A DNA stretch of 64,000 nt, filler included, from Barthelona sp. PAP020 (GCA_040182905.1; 18 parts of 18 records of this genome joined end to end with filler, not necessarily neighbours in it), one strand, 5' to 3'; counted from the whole stretch's first letter, positions 45,611-57,675 are shown. A program made the numbers and translations. The notes: generated by a model not told the origin, from the letters alone.

Positions 45611-46792
45611 TCATTGAGGCATCAAATTATGAAGATTTCCACCATTCAATTCATTCATATCGACTAAATCCCAAACCAAATTGATACCCAAATTGTAATC
45701 ATCCAAATTCATCCGAATTCCACTGGCTACTAATTTTCTAATCAAAGAGCTTTCAACACCAATCGATACAAGGCAAAAAATAACATATCCATTGTTTTCA
45801 GCTAGTTTTGACAGTTCCAAAAGTGATGAATCAGTGGCAAAAGGAATGAGAGAGTAAATCTTTACCTTATCAGTGTCACATCTTCCACTGATTAATTTTA
45901 TATTATCTGGCGAAACACAAAACGAAAAATTCAATCTGTCACATCCACAATAGACCCTTTGAATCTGTTGGTAAGTGTTGGTATCAAATATGGTCAAAAA
46001 TCCATCGCCAGACATAACCAATAGACTACACATGGTTATATATTTTAAATCAAAAACAAGTCCACCTAATTTAATATTTTGTAAAATGCTAGCATCATTC
46101 AAGCTTAAAATGGTCACAATATCTGGGTCCTGCCCCATAGCACATATTTCTTCGACAGGATGGCATGCACAACAATATATTACAGATTTAAGGGACAAGA
46201 AACGCTCATTAGAGAGATCAACTGAATTGCAAATTGCAATTCTATAATCATCACATCCACTGATAAGATCTTTTCCATTTGAAGACACTTCTAAAGTCCA
46301 AATACTGCTATCATGAAGTTTTTTGTGGTATATAGTGTCTTGATTAAAAACATCATATTTTTCAATTCTTCCCATGTCATCTCCAAGATATAAATATTTT
46401 GAACAAGGAGAAAAACAAACACTAAGTACGCAATCATTTCTATAGATCTTATTCACAATTGAAAAATCATTTTCAACATCATAAATAACTAATGTATGAT
46501 CATAAGAACAACTGACCATAAAACAACTATCAGAAGAGAAAATTACATGACTAATATCCTTCAAATGATCGTTTAAGCATTTAACAACACTGTCAGTTTT
46601 GGAATTAAAGATCATAACAGGTCCTTTTTCACTTGAAATGACATAACACTGTCCGTTTGAAGAATAATCACAAGTGTTCATATGACTTTGTAAACATTCA
46701 TCAATAGTCACTACATCTTCTTCATTAATTCGCCAAGACAACATTTGATTGATCCTATTTCTTATTTGAAATATTTCCTCTTTCATATTCAT
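45611..46792 (-). CDS. WD40-repeat protein with a C-terminal NGGN box
   Basis: WD repeats followed by VWDLVDMNELNGGNLHNL. Confidence 0.88.
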   Translation of the reverse strand: MNMKEEIFQIRNRINQMLSWRINEEDVVTIDECLQSHMNTCDYSSNGQCYVISSEKGPVMIFNSKTDSVVKCLNDHLKDISHVIFSSDSCFMVSCSYDHTLVIYDVENDFSIVNKIYRNDCVLSVCFSPCSKYLYLGDDMGRIEKYDVFNQDTIYHKKLHDSSIWTLEVSSNGKDLISGCDDYRIAICNSVDLSNERFLSLKSVIYCCACHPVEEICAMGQDPDIVTILSLNDASILQNIKLGGLVFDLKYITMCSLLVMSGDGFLTIFDTNTYQQIQRVYCGCDRLNFSFCVSPDNIKLISGRCDTDKVKIYSLIPFATDSSLLELSKLAENNGYVIFCLVSIGVESSLIRKLVASGIRMNLDDYNLGINLVWDLVDMNELNGGNLHNLMPQ

Positions 46793-46963
46793 TCTTTTGA
46801 AAAAAATCTTTAATACAAACAACAGTTTTCTTTATTTTGGTTTTGACACTTTTCCTATATATATCGAAAGTATCTGAATACGATTTTCAGTGAAGTACTT
46901 GAAAAAAAAAGAGGATTTTTCTCTTGTCACTTTACAACAAATCTCACGAATTTTTTTCATTCA

Positions 46964-47059
46964 TTATTTCTTAGGTTTAGGTTTTTTCTTTTTGTCTTTT
47001 GTGTCGTCTTCATCAAATTCAGGGTTGTACATTTTGTAAGGGAGAGAGCTTGTGAATTT
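46964..47059 (-). CDS. 3' fragment of an unknown protein
   Basis: KFTSSLPYKMYNPEFDEDDTKDKKKKPKPKK*, open from the linker. Confidence 0.4.
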   Translation of the reverse strand, partial: KFTSSLPYKMYNPEFDEDDTKDKKKKPKPKK

Positions 47060-48169
47060 GNNNNNNNNNNNNNNNNNNNNNNNNNNNNNNNNNNNNNNNN
47101 NNNNTTAATTAATTAANNNNNNNNNNNNNNNNNNNNNNNNNNNNNNNNNNNNNNNNNNNNTGATGAAAATATTGATAAGTCAGTGTTGGTGGATTTCTTC
47201 ACAGTTGATTTGAATTTGGGCTTCAGCAGCAATAGTGATTTAATTGACGTTTTTGATAATTTGATGGTCTAGGTTTCAAATTTATAAAAAAATTATTTTT
47301 TTTTTCTTTTTCCTTTTTGTGTTCTTTGAACATTTTTTTTTTGTCAATCAATTTTATTTTTTTTGCTTTCTAACATTGAAAATATTTGATTTAAGCAGAA
47401 TTAACTGTAAAAAAACTTTTTTTAAATGAAAAGAAAGTAATAATTGGTTAACAATTCAAACATTACTTTGTATCTTTCAGAATTTTTTGTACTTGTTTTT
47501 GGTTTTCTTTCGTTCAACAGACAGGAAAGAGGTAAAAATTTTGAAAAGAAGGCTGGTTGAGAATCAAACAACTTTTCTTTGACAAGAATGTGGTCTCAAT
47601 TTTGTTCTGGTTGATTGCAATCTTTTGGATGAAAAGCAAGAGATCTTAAAAAAAAGAATCTTTACATTGGTTATCTTGCAGTAACAAATTAGCACGATAT
47701 GTTATTTATGAATGAGACCAAAAATATGGCATTTTGGGTTTTTTTATGTTTTGTTGATATTGTTCAGGTTTTTTGCTTGGGCACTTTTGACGCTCTTTCT
47801 CATTCTTTTTTCCAAAAAAATAGAGTGATTTATTAAATTATGTGAAGAGTTTAAGAAAAAATTACATAAACTGTGAACGATTGTGATGTACCCACGTTTT
47901 TCCTTTTTGTGTTTTGATTGTTACTTTGGAAAGTGCAGCTCTGTTTGATCGATCTCCCAATTATTAACTTGTTGATGTTTCATCTCTAATTAGTTGAACA
48001 TCATTTCAAGAATGAAAGAAAAAGTTTGACGGTTATTTTTATCAATTCATTTCAATCCCCTTTAAATAAAATTAAAAAAGTCAAATAGGAATTGGCAAAT
48101 ATCTTTTTTTTTTTTTGAAAAAGGAAGAATTGTTTTTCACCTCATTTTTTTTTGAGTTTTTTTTTTTTC

Positions 48170-49729
48170 ATGAAATTTGCAAATTTGTTAATAATTATTG
48201 TCACAATTACAATTTTATCTGTTGCAAATTGTTCCACTGCCGCTCTAAATGCTAAATTAGATTCTTTGATTAATATTTTTGATGAGCTTGCTATTCATAC
48301 TCAAAATGCATTGAATGTTGCTTCAACTACCACAGATTGTGGAATAAAATGGTGTTATGAACCAAGTACGTTTGATCAAACAACGATGGTTTGTGCCGAC
48401 AAGTATCATAAAGATTCTGCATGTTCTTGCACAAAAGCACCTGTTGATTTTAATCATACATGTTCTGTTGCTGGTCCATCCCCAGTTTTAGCGACTGAAG
48501 AAAGCAAAAGAGAATTATGTCGTATTAAAACAATGGAACCAGAGTTTGCTGAGTTTATGAAGAAAGACAGCATATTAACTTATATTTTTATGGGATATCA
48601 ATCGTCTGGGGCTTATACTCAGAATCCTGTTATGGATTTTACGATTGCTAATGTTGATTCAAGTTGTGTTGGTGATTGTTGTAAACAAAGTGGAACTTCA
48701 GGATATTATTGGTCTGACTCTCGCGTTGAAGATTGGTATAATGGATTTGCTGGTCCACAAAGAGATATTATCATAATCGCTGATATTTCTGCATCAACTA
48801 AGTATTTAGACCGAATTGCTCTTGTGAAGAAATCAGTTGAAACTGTTTTAAATACGTTAAGTCACTTAGATCATTTCAATGTTGTTGTTTTTAGTTCATC
48901 TGCTGATTATTTGATTAAAACTCATACAGGTATGGTTAATGCCACTGCTTACAACAGGAAAATGTTTATAAACGCAATGAATGCAATTCAACCCAGTGGT
49001 AGCACCAATTTTGAGGCTGCTTTCAACAAAGGTTTTGAAGCTCTGAAGTTAGGTATTCAAAATAATGATACATCTGATTGTGGAAAAGGAATTATTTTCA
49101 TCACTGATGGTTCTTTAAATGTTGGTACTCCTGATATTGTTGAACATGTGAAAAATCTTAATAAGGATGTAAATGGGCAAAGAATAGCACCTATATTCAC
49201 ATTTGGTCTTGGACAATCGGCAGATGAGACATTTTTGCATAAAATAGCTTGTCAAAATGGGGGTGTTTTCAAAAAGTTATTAGGTGGTGATAATATTGCT
49301 TTTGAATTTGGCCAATACACACAATATTATGCCAAAGCTTTCAAACGAACTAAACCAAGTTTTACATCTATTTATGAAGCACCTGGTATTTTTGCAGGCA
49401 ATTATTATATCAGTATGGGAAAGCCTCTTTATAATGCAAATGGTGAATTTATTATGTCATTTTTAATTGATCTATATTCAAAAGACCTAATCGACATTGC
49501 AGGAATTGATGTTTTAAATGCAACCGCTACTGCAAAATCTTTTGGTTGTCCCACCCCATATACCATGACTGAAGCTGATCTTGAGAAATTGAGACCTGAT
49601 GCCTTCAAGTGTACCGAAATAGAAAAATACAGTTCATCTTTGTTAACCATTTCTTATATTGTTGCTGGAATTCTTTTTGTTTCATATTTAATTTATGAAT
49701 TTGTTTTGAAAAACAAAAATGGTGCTTGA
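48170..49729 (+). CDS. Type I membrane protein with a vWA domain (alpha2delta/Cache-vWA-like)
   Basis: Signal peptide, Cys-rich region, DSRVEDWY, DISAS MIDAS motif, TNFEAAF, ITDG and a C-terminal TM helix. Confidence 0.82.
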   Translation: MKFANLLIIIVTITILSVANCSTAALNAKLDSLINIFDELAIHTQNALNVASTTTDCGIKWCYEPSTFDQTTMVCADKYHKDSACSCTKAPVDFNHTCSVAGPSPVLATEESKRELCRIKTMEPEFAEFMKKDSILTYIFMGYQSSGAYTQNPVMDFTIANVDSSCVGDCCKQSGTSGYYWSDSRVEDWYNGFAGPQRDIIIIADISASTKYLDRIALVKKSVETVLNTLSHLDHFNVVVFSSSADYLIKTHTGMVNATAYNRKMFINAMNAIQPSGSTNFEAAFNKGFEALKLGIQNNDTSDCGKGIIFITDGSLNVGTPDIVEHVKNLNKDVNGQRIAPIFTFGLGQSADETFLHKIACQNGGVFKKLLGGDNIAFEFGQYTQYYAKAFKRTKPSFTSIYEAPGIFAGNYYISMGKPLYNANGEFIMSFLIDLYSKDLIDIAGIDVLNATATAKSFGCPTPYTMTEADLEKLRPDAFKCTEIEKYSSSLLTISYIVAGILFVSYLIYEFVLKNKNGA

Positions 49730-50221
49730 AGAGCAAAAGGTTCTTGTTCAATTATGCATATTTTGTTTTAGACATTTTCAAACAATTTTCACAGTTATTT
49801 TATTTAAACAATGACATTTAAAATGCATATGTTATTCAAATAAATTTTTATTTGTCAGTTTTTTTTGTCAATGATGGAACATTTATTCCCCTTTCGATTT
49901 GATTTTTTGACTGGTTTTCAACAGTGTTTCCTGTGAAAAATATCAATTGTCTTCCAAAATGAATAGGGAAATGATTTTGCTGATGATTCTGAGTCGTGGG
50001 AAAACTACTGAAATTCAGTCAATTTATGAATTTGCTGATTAAAATTATTTTTTATTACAATTATCATATTAAGAAAACTTTAAATTTGTTTAAAAATTCG
50101 AAAATAAAAAAAAATTAGGTGTCTTTGTCAAAATCACTTTTGTTTTGTTTTTGTTGTCCTTCAATTCTTGAAATATTTGTTAAATTACTCTTTTTCCTTT
50201 TTTTTAAATGATTATATGTAA

Positions 50222-50621
<400 letters not shown>

Positions 50622-50721
50622 NNNNNNNNNNNNNNNNNNNNNNNNNNNNNNNNNNNNNNNNNNNNTTAATTAATTAANNNNNNNNNNNNNNNNNNNNNNN
50701 NNNNNNNNNNNNNNNNNNNNN

Positions 50722-50909
50722 CAAAGAATTCTGAATCGGTTGACCAAAACAGCAAAGATACCATGGAGTAATTTCCCCAACCCCAGTTAGTAAATATAAA
50801 TTAAAGCCTTTAATTTTGCCTATTCGTCTAACGTGAAAATTTTGCCCTTTCGTCTAACGTGAACTTTTCTTGTACCTAACGTGAAAATGTCTTTTCAGAG
50901 ATGCGATCT
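50722..50909 (-). repeat. tRNA-downstream modular repeat (family C) with three ctaacgtgaa units
   Basis: Local tandem duplications, and blocks shared with the tRNA-Leu and tRNA-Lys flanks. Confidence 0.8.
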
Positions 50910-50937
50910 CTTTTCCTCAAAGCCGGAAAAAAAAAAA

Positions 50938-51009
50938 TGCCGACTCACAGGATTGAACTGTGGACCTTCTACTTACGAAATAGATGCTCTACCACTAAGC
51001 TAAGCCGGC
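50938..51009 (-). tRNA. tRNA-Thr(CGT)
   Basis: GCCGGCTTAGCTTAGTGGTAGAGC...TCTAT-TTCGTAA-GTAGA...GTTCAATCC followed by an oligo-T terminator. Confidence 0.94.
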
Positions 51010-51467
51010 ATACCTTTTTAGGGTTTTCAAGGATACATGTTCTTTAATAGCAGAGTAAATCAATTCAAATCATATTGTTTAAAGATCCACTCAACACATA
51101 TAATGACTATTTTTTCAATGGTAAACATTATTCCATGACACCAAAAAAGCACTATCTGCATATTTAATGAATAAAAAAAGATCAGTTCGATTGATCTACA
51201 ATAATTTTTGTTTATTAGATATTTATGAGGTATGAGTTGTTCAGTAAACAACGAAACGAGTTAGCTTAAGGGTTGGGAAAAACTCACATTGATTCAGATG
51301 TCCAAGTAACTTAAAAAATTGGACCTAAAGGTGGTCAAGAAACAATAAATTAAGGAAGTGATATTTGATGACCTTTTTGTATCTCCAATAAATTCCGTTT
51401 ATTGAGCATGAACTTCCACATTATAACAAACTTATCATAAAAAAGTACAAAGAAAATTTCATATTGA

Positions 51468-51745
51468 AAATTTTGTTCAAGTTGTGAAACAACTATATTT
51501 ATTTACAAAGAAAAAGTAATCAGAGAAAACTCATTTCATTAAATCTCAGCCACAGAAAATGAGTGGCTGCAATTGAATCTTAATCATCAAGTATGAAAAT
51601 TTTGGAAAAATTTTCCATTCCAATTTTTTTTGTATTTTTGCAAAAGCAAATTTTAAAGTTTAAACTTTACCTCAGAAAATCTAAAGTTTTTCAACAGATC
51701 AATCGGGCCTCAAAAGCCCTTAACAAAATGAACACTTCTTTTTTA
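51468..51745 (+). repeat. Dispersed repeat family B copy
   Basis: Aligns to 30058-30340 and 44183-44340. Confidence 0.8.
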
Positions 51746-52344
51746 TTCACTCAAATGTAAAGCACTTTTCAAAGGTGATGATATTTTTCAGAGTAATATT
51801 ATGGTGTGAACATTTCACTTAAGCTTCAAAAACCAAAAGCCAAATTAGAATCATTTAATTCTATTTACTCACAACATTTCGTTGAAAATGTTTAGAATTA
51901 TTGGTATTATTGGCATTTATTTGTTCTTAATTCATTAATACACACTTATCATGAAAAACAGTGAAAACTCATTTGAAGAATTTTCAATCAAAAGGAAAGA
52001 GCAGTTAAAATTCAAGCTTGACGATCTTTTTGACAATTAGCAAAGAAGAATTTTGCTGTGTTTGAGAAAAACGATTTGGTCTTCGCAATTTTTTTTTAAA
52101 TCAACAATTAGTGGGTTCCTTATTAAATGTTGGAGACAAAATCACAAAAAATCGTTGAAAAATTATCTCTTGATTTCAAAATTCAATGAATGTTACTCTC
52201 CAAAAAGAAAAAATTAACTTGAAAATACTGTTTATTTTGACTATAAAAATAAGAAATGCTTTTATTTATTTGGAAATAAAAAACCGAAGTGCTGAAAGAA
52301 AAGGCGAAAGATGATTAAATTTTTTCTTTTTTCGTTTCGTTAGG

Positions 52345-53823
52345 ATGAAACAATTTTCACGAGATTTAATTGAATTGAAGAACGCTTTTGCGGAAGGAAA
52401 AGAGACAACCTTAACTTTTGATTTTGATTTTGATAATTCCATTGTTTTTGAACAATTATTCCATTTATCAGATTCTTACAAAAGAAATGATTTGGTTTTA
52501 TTATTATTAAATAGCGATTTTAAGAAGTATTCGAAATATTTCATTGAATATAACAGATTTTCTGTTGTAATGAACAATTTAAATCAATTAATTTCTGCAA
52601 AAGATGTAAAATTGGACCTCATTCATTCTGATGTTAATTCACACACTTCAAAAATAATTTGCATTGCTGTTTCATTTGATTCTAAATATTTTGCTACTTG
52701 TGGTAACGATAAAACTGTTTGTGTGTTTGAGATAGTTCGTAATTCAATTGGTAATTATGAGTTTCAGAAAGTTTTTGGTCATGGTTTGAGTGACAATGCA
52801 TATTGTTTGAATTTTAGTCCTGACAATCGTTATTTAGCAACTGTTGATGGTTCTTCTAAAATTACAATATTTGATATCCATGATGGCTTTAGAATTTATC
52901 GTGATTTCTCGATGGGCCAAGGTCGTGTCAATGCTGTTATTTTTTCAATGGATAGTGAACATGTTTTTGTTGGTGAAGGTGGAAACAATGGAGGCAATAT
53001 TTCGAAGTATCACATAGAACGCAATGAAATCGTTTGTCATGAACGATATTATCAGAAATATGTGTGGAGATTGGCTGTTTCTAATGATGGAAGATATTTA
53101 GCTGCAGCAACCGATGAAAAAAAATGCAAACTTCTGTCAGCTGCTGATTTGAGCATTGTACGCGAGTTTTCCGATCATGGAGCTGGACTTAGAGGTGTTG
53201 GCTTTTCTTTAGATAGTAAGTTTGTGGTTTTTACTGGGAACGATAATTATTTGAAAGGTTTTGATGTGGATACTGGTGATGAAGTCATCAAGTTGTTTAC
53301 GGAGGGCAAAAATATGAGAAATCCCCATTTTATCAATTCAACAACTTTAATCGCTGGCTTTTGGAATGGTACTATTTCAGTTTTTTCATTAAAAATGAGT
53401 GTGGGTAATTCTACTGTCAATGAAATTGGTACGGTTGGGACTGATATTAGCGAAGTTTGGTGTGGATGCTATTTACCTCAATATAAACTATACTTTGTTG
53501 CTGGGACAGGGAATTGTTGGAAGTGTTTTAAAGTTGAGTTCAATGAATTAGAATTAGATGATTTAAGTACGTTTATTGCTATGTATTCACAAAATACACA
53601 AGAAATTGGAGGGGTTTTGACGCATTTGAAAAAATTTGCAGTTAAACTTTCTACATCCACAATTAGAAATTTGGTAGCATCTGGATATGTTGCAAATGAG
53701 GAAGAAGCCTTGGAAATTATCGAAGACACATTTGATTTGCTTGGATTAAATGAAAAAAATGGTGGTAATATGTCACAATTGCTGGAAAGAATTGAAATCT
53801 CAGAAACTTCTGATGATGATTAG
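52345..53823 (+). CDS. WD40-repeat protein with a divergent NGGN box
   Basis: WD repeats followed by IRNLVASG...TFDLLGLNEKNGGNMSQL. Confidence 0.85.
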   Translation: MKQFSRDLIELKNAFAEGKETTLTFDFDFDNSIVFEQLFHLSDSYKRNDLVLLLLNSDFKKYSKYFIEYNRFSVVMNNLNQLISAKDVKLDLIHSDVNSHTSKIICIAVSFDSKYFATCGNDKTVCVFEIVRNSIGNYEFQKVFGHGLSDNAYCLNFSPDNRYLATVDGSSKITIFDIHDGFRIYRDFSMGQGRVNAVIFSMDSEHVFVGEGGNNGGNISKYHIERNEIVCHERYYQKYVWRLAVSNDGRYLAAATDEKKCKLLSAADLSIVREFSDHGAGLRGVGFSLDSKFVVFTGNDNYLKGFDVDTGDEVIKLFTEGKNMRNPHFINSTTLIAGFWNGTISVFSLKMSVGNSTVNEIGTVGTDISEVWCGCYLPQYKLYFVAGTGNCWKCFKVEFNELELDDLSTFIAMYSQNTQEIGGVLTHLKKFAVKLSTSTIRNLVASGYVANEEEALEIIEDTFDLLGLNEKNGGNMSQLLERIEISETSDDD

Positions 53824-54344
53824 GTGTATTTTTAAAACTATGATTATTTTTATTGTTTTTTTTTTGGTTTGTAAATGTTGGTTATTTTTTTTTGTGGTTT
53901 GTGTTGAGTTTTTTTGATTTGGAATAAATATTGCATTAATTGGCATCTATTTTTTGACAATTTTGGTTTAATATATTTCCTTTAATTGTGTATAACCTTG
54001 TTATTGGAAATTATGAGAGTTGAAATTAGGTAAAATTTGATTTGAATTCTCTCATTACATTTTTGAGAGTATTCACATGTCTTTGGAGTATGTATCTGTT
54101 TTTGGTATAAGACATGACAAGTTTGGGACAATACATCCATTAAATGAAGATGGAACTGNNNNNNNNNNNNNNNNNNNNNNNNNNNNNNNNNNNNNNNNNN
54201 NNTTAATTAATTAANNNNNNNNNNNNNNNNNNNNNNNNNNNNNNNNNNNNNNNNNNNNTTCTTATGGGATTATTAGCTTTATATGCAGGAGTATTTTGGT
54301 TAGTTCTTCCTTTGCGTCTTCTTTCGGTGAAATTTTTGTTGTTG

Positions 54345-54545
54345 CCAAATTAATTTAAAGGCTTTAATTCATGATGCAAAACAGAAAATGATTATAAAAG
54401 CTTTTACAAGGATTATAGGATGAGAAGGTTGGCTAGTTCACTCGACAAAATAACAAATGTTTATAAAGATCTTTATTGTTCTCGGTTAGAGTTTGGGGGT
54501 ACTTGCAACTGAGTCGTTTTGCGTGGATGGTTCAGAACACTCTTA
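54345..54545 (+). repeat. Family C repeat modules near a contig start
   Basis: ttaaaggctttaattc, atgatgcaaaacagaaaatgat, ttcactcgacaaaataa and ggttagagtttggg are shared with the tRNA flanks. Confidence 0.75.
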
Positions 54546-55448
54546 AAAAATAAAGAAATACCTTAGGTGTGGATGGGATTGGTATCAAAGAAATAATTTA
54601 ATCCTATCCTTTGGCCCCCTCTTGATTCACTTTAAATGCTTAAATGCCACTTATGTTCTCTTTGTAGGATTTTGATATTTCATATTGACCAAATTTATTT
54701 GCTTATATCCTTAATATTTGAAGTCTTACGATTAAGTCTATTATCACTTGAGCTTTTCAATTTTGATACCCATTAATATCAGAAATTGCAAGAAGAAACC
54801 TTAATCCATCCCTTTACCTCCAATATCTATTGGTTAGAATTTGGTTTGTGAACCGAATTCAATTGAAAATAATTACAAAACAAAAAAAATCACTCAACTG
54901 TTTGATTTGGTTCTTGCTTATTTCATTCTTTGAATAGAGTAAAATTTTTAATTCAAAATTAACCAAAAATCAATATATCTGGGAACAAATTCCAATAATA
55001 ATCAACTATTCATGCAAAGTTGCAAATAATAATCAACAATTAGCAAAATATACTTCTAGAAATCAAATAATCAATATTGAGAAAACTCAACTCCCTCTTT
55101 TAAACATTCCTTTTCTCTCACAAAGATATTTTGAGAATTTTTGACTATAATAGGCTCTTTTTATTTGACAAACCCTGTAAATTTTTTTAAATCAAATATA
55201 ATCTGATTACCGTACTTTTTTAAACTCTAAAAGTTGTTAATATTATTTATTCATCAACAAATTATCTTCATTTTTTATTAAACCATCCTATTGAAATTGA
55301 AAGAAATTTTTTCAAAATGAGGGGGTTTTTTCTTTTCAAAAAACAATAAATTTTTTAATAAATACATTCCATAATATAGAATAAGTCGAAAAGATTCTTT
55401 AAAAAAAAAGAAAAACAAACTTTAGTTCTTTTAAATTTGTTTACAACA

Positions 55449-56673
55449 ATGAAATCAACTGAAAATGCGGAGGCCAGATTACATGTTAACTCTTTAGCTC
55501 AATTAGATGTTGCTGTTCAGGCATTGGATTTAAATTGTAATTTTAATAATTTATTGATGTTTTGTATTCTAACTTAGTTTAGCTGCCACTCGTTTTCAAG
55601 ATTTTCGAATTGGTGATCGAATCTCCATACCACATCCCGAAAATAATGGAGATACTTTGACGTTTCAAGTGAATAGTGTTATTGGTACGGGTTCTTTTGG
55701 AATTGTATTCAATGCTTTATGTGTTGAAACAAATGAGGTTGTTGCCATTAAAAAAGTTTTACAGGATTCCAGATATAAAAATAGAGAATTGAGTATAATG
55801 AAAAAATTGAGACATCCCAACATTGTATCTTTATTTGTTCCATTTTTTACTTCAACTGGTTCCCAAAACGAAGACAAAAGTGCTTTACATTTGAATTTAG
55901 TGATGCAACATTACCCTCAATCTTTATATCATATTATTAAGCATTATTTGAAGAATAATCAACGTATTCATCATTTATATGTTCAATTATACATGTACCA
56001 ATTGTTTAAGGCATTATTATATATGCATTCTCAAAAAATCTGTCATAGAGATATAAAACCTCAAAATATCTTAATAAATCCCAGCAGTGGAGATTTATCG
56101 ATTTGTGATTTTGGATCTGCTAAGCGTTTGAGGTCATCTGAGCGAAATGTCTTTTATATCTCTTCACGTTTTTATAGGGCACCAGAGCTAATATTCAGAG
56201 CGGTTAAATATACAACGGCAATTGATATTTGGTCTGCTGGTTGTATTTTAGCGGAATTATTGCGAGGAGTGCATTTATTCTCTGGTCAAAATCACGTTGA
56301 ACAACTGATATCTATCATTCGGATATTGGGTGTTCCTACATCCAGAGAAGTTTCAGCGATGAATCCTGAATATACACCTGAAACGCCTTTTCCTGATATC
56401 ACTCCTCACAATCTCTCAGATATTTTTCCAGCTTCACATGATCAACTGGCTGTTGATTTATTGAAAAAAATGTTTATCTATAATCCAAGAAAGCGTATTA
56501 CTGCAAAAGACGCCTTATTACATCCTTGGTTTGATGAATTAAGAGATCCTAATTTTGTCTTACCAAGGAATGCTGCTTTACCTTCTCATTTATTTCAATT
56601 TACAAAGGAAGAGTTGAAAGCATTTACCCCAGAAGAAATTAATATTCTCATTCCAGTTCATCATAAAGACTGA
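55449..56673 (+). CDS. GSK3: Glycogen synthase kinase 3, two exons (intron 55537-55582)
   Basis: IGTGSFGIV, VAIKKVLQDSRYKNREL, HRDIKPQN, CDFGSAK and SRFYRAPEL. A 46-nt intron joins the ATG at 55449 in frame. Confidence 0.93.
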
Positions 56674-56802
56674 CTTGAATGAATGGAAAATTCAAAAAAA
56701 GATTTTTGAATTTGCTCCATTTGTTTTTATTTCACTAAGATTAGTTTTCGAAATACAGCATCAAATCGCTGGATTCTGGCCTGGTTTAAACATTATTGTA
56801 CC

Positions 56803-57215
56803 CTTTGTAACATTACACATTTAAATAAACTTCGATAATTTCTTTTTATTTTTCTTCTTGTACGAACCTTTTCCAGAACTTTCCCAAATTAGAGACTGGG
56901 ATTCTTAGTTGATTAATACGATAAAACTTAATCTTTATTCTTTTCGGGGGGTCCAGCTTTCCTGAAAGGAACCTCTTCTCTTTTGAGACCTACTCTTTCA
57001 TAGGCTTTTGTAGGAGAGCTGCGCCCTATGCGGGGTGTGAAATACTGCATTACTAATTGCTCAAAAGAGCTTAACACTCAGATATATTTTAAAACTTATC
57101 CTATTTGTGCAAATTTTCATGAATTCACCGTGGCAGGTCAAAAATTTGGGGGTAGGTTAAGGAAAAGTTCCGTACTTTGAGAGAAAATGGAGGAATGGGA
57201 AAATTTTCAATTCGA
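56803..57215 (-). repeat. Dispersed repeat family A, copy 3
   Basis: The reverse complement is colinear with 20468-20870. Confidence 0.9.
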
Positions 57216-57387
57216 CAAAAACAATTGGCTTGAAACAACCGTCATTATTTTTTGCCTGCCTTATCATTCAATTTTCAAAGACTTTTAACTTGTTAAACCG
57301 CTTTTGCTTTTTCAAGTAATTACACTCCCCACTCGAAAAAAGGAACTATAAAACAATTAAAAACAAACAATTCACATAATTTCCTAT

Positions 57388-57675
57388 TTACCAATCAGAA
57401 TCATCATCCTCTTCATTAGATATAATTATTTTTGTTTTCTTTGCAGTTAAAGCAGGAGCTTCCAAGTTTTCTTTTTCTTCATTGCTGGGATTTTCATCAT
57501 TAGTTGATGTTTCTTTCTTTTCTTTTTCAATTTTTTCATTCTTTGCATCTACATCACTGAAATCATCGTCAGTTAGATCCGAAAGTTCATCTGAAGCTGT
57601 ATCTTTCACAGGTTTCTTCGGTTCAGGTTTCTCTTCAACCTTTGATTCTTTTTCAACATCTTTTTCAGATTTGCT
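57388..57675 (-). CDS. 3' fragment of an acidic protein ending EEDDDSDW
   Basis: Open frame from the linker to TAA. Confidence 0.55.
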   Translation of the reverse strand, partial: SKSEKDVEKESKVEEKPEPKKPVKDTASDELSDLTDDDFSDVDAKNEKIEKEKKETSTNDENPSNEEKENLEAPALTAKKTKIIISNEEDDDSDW

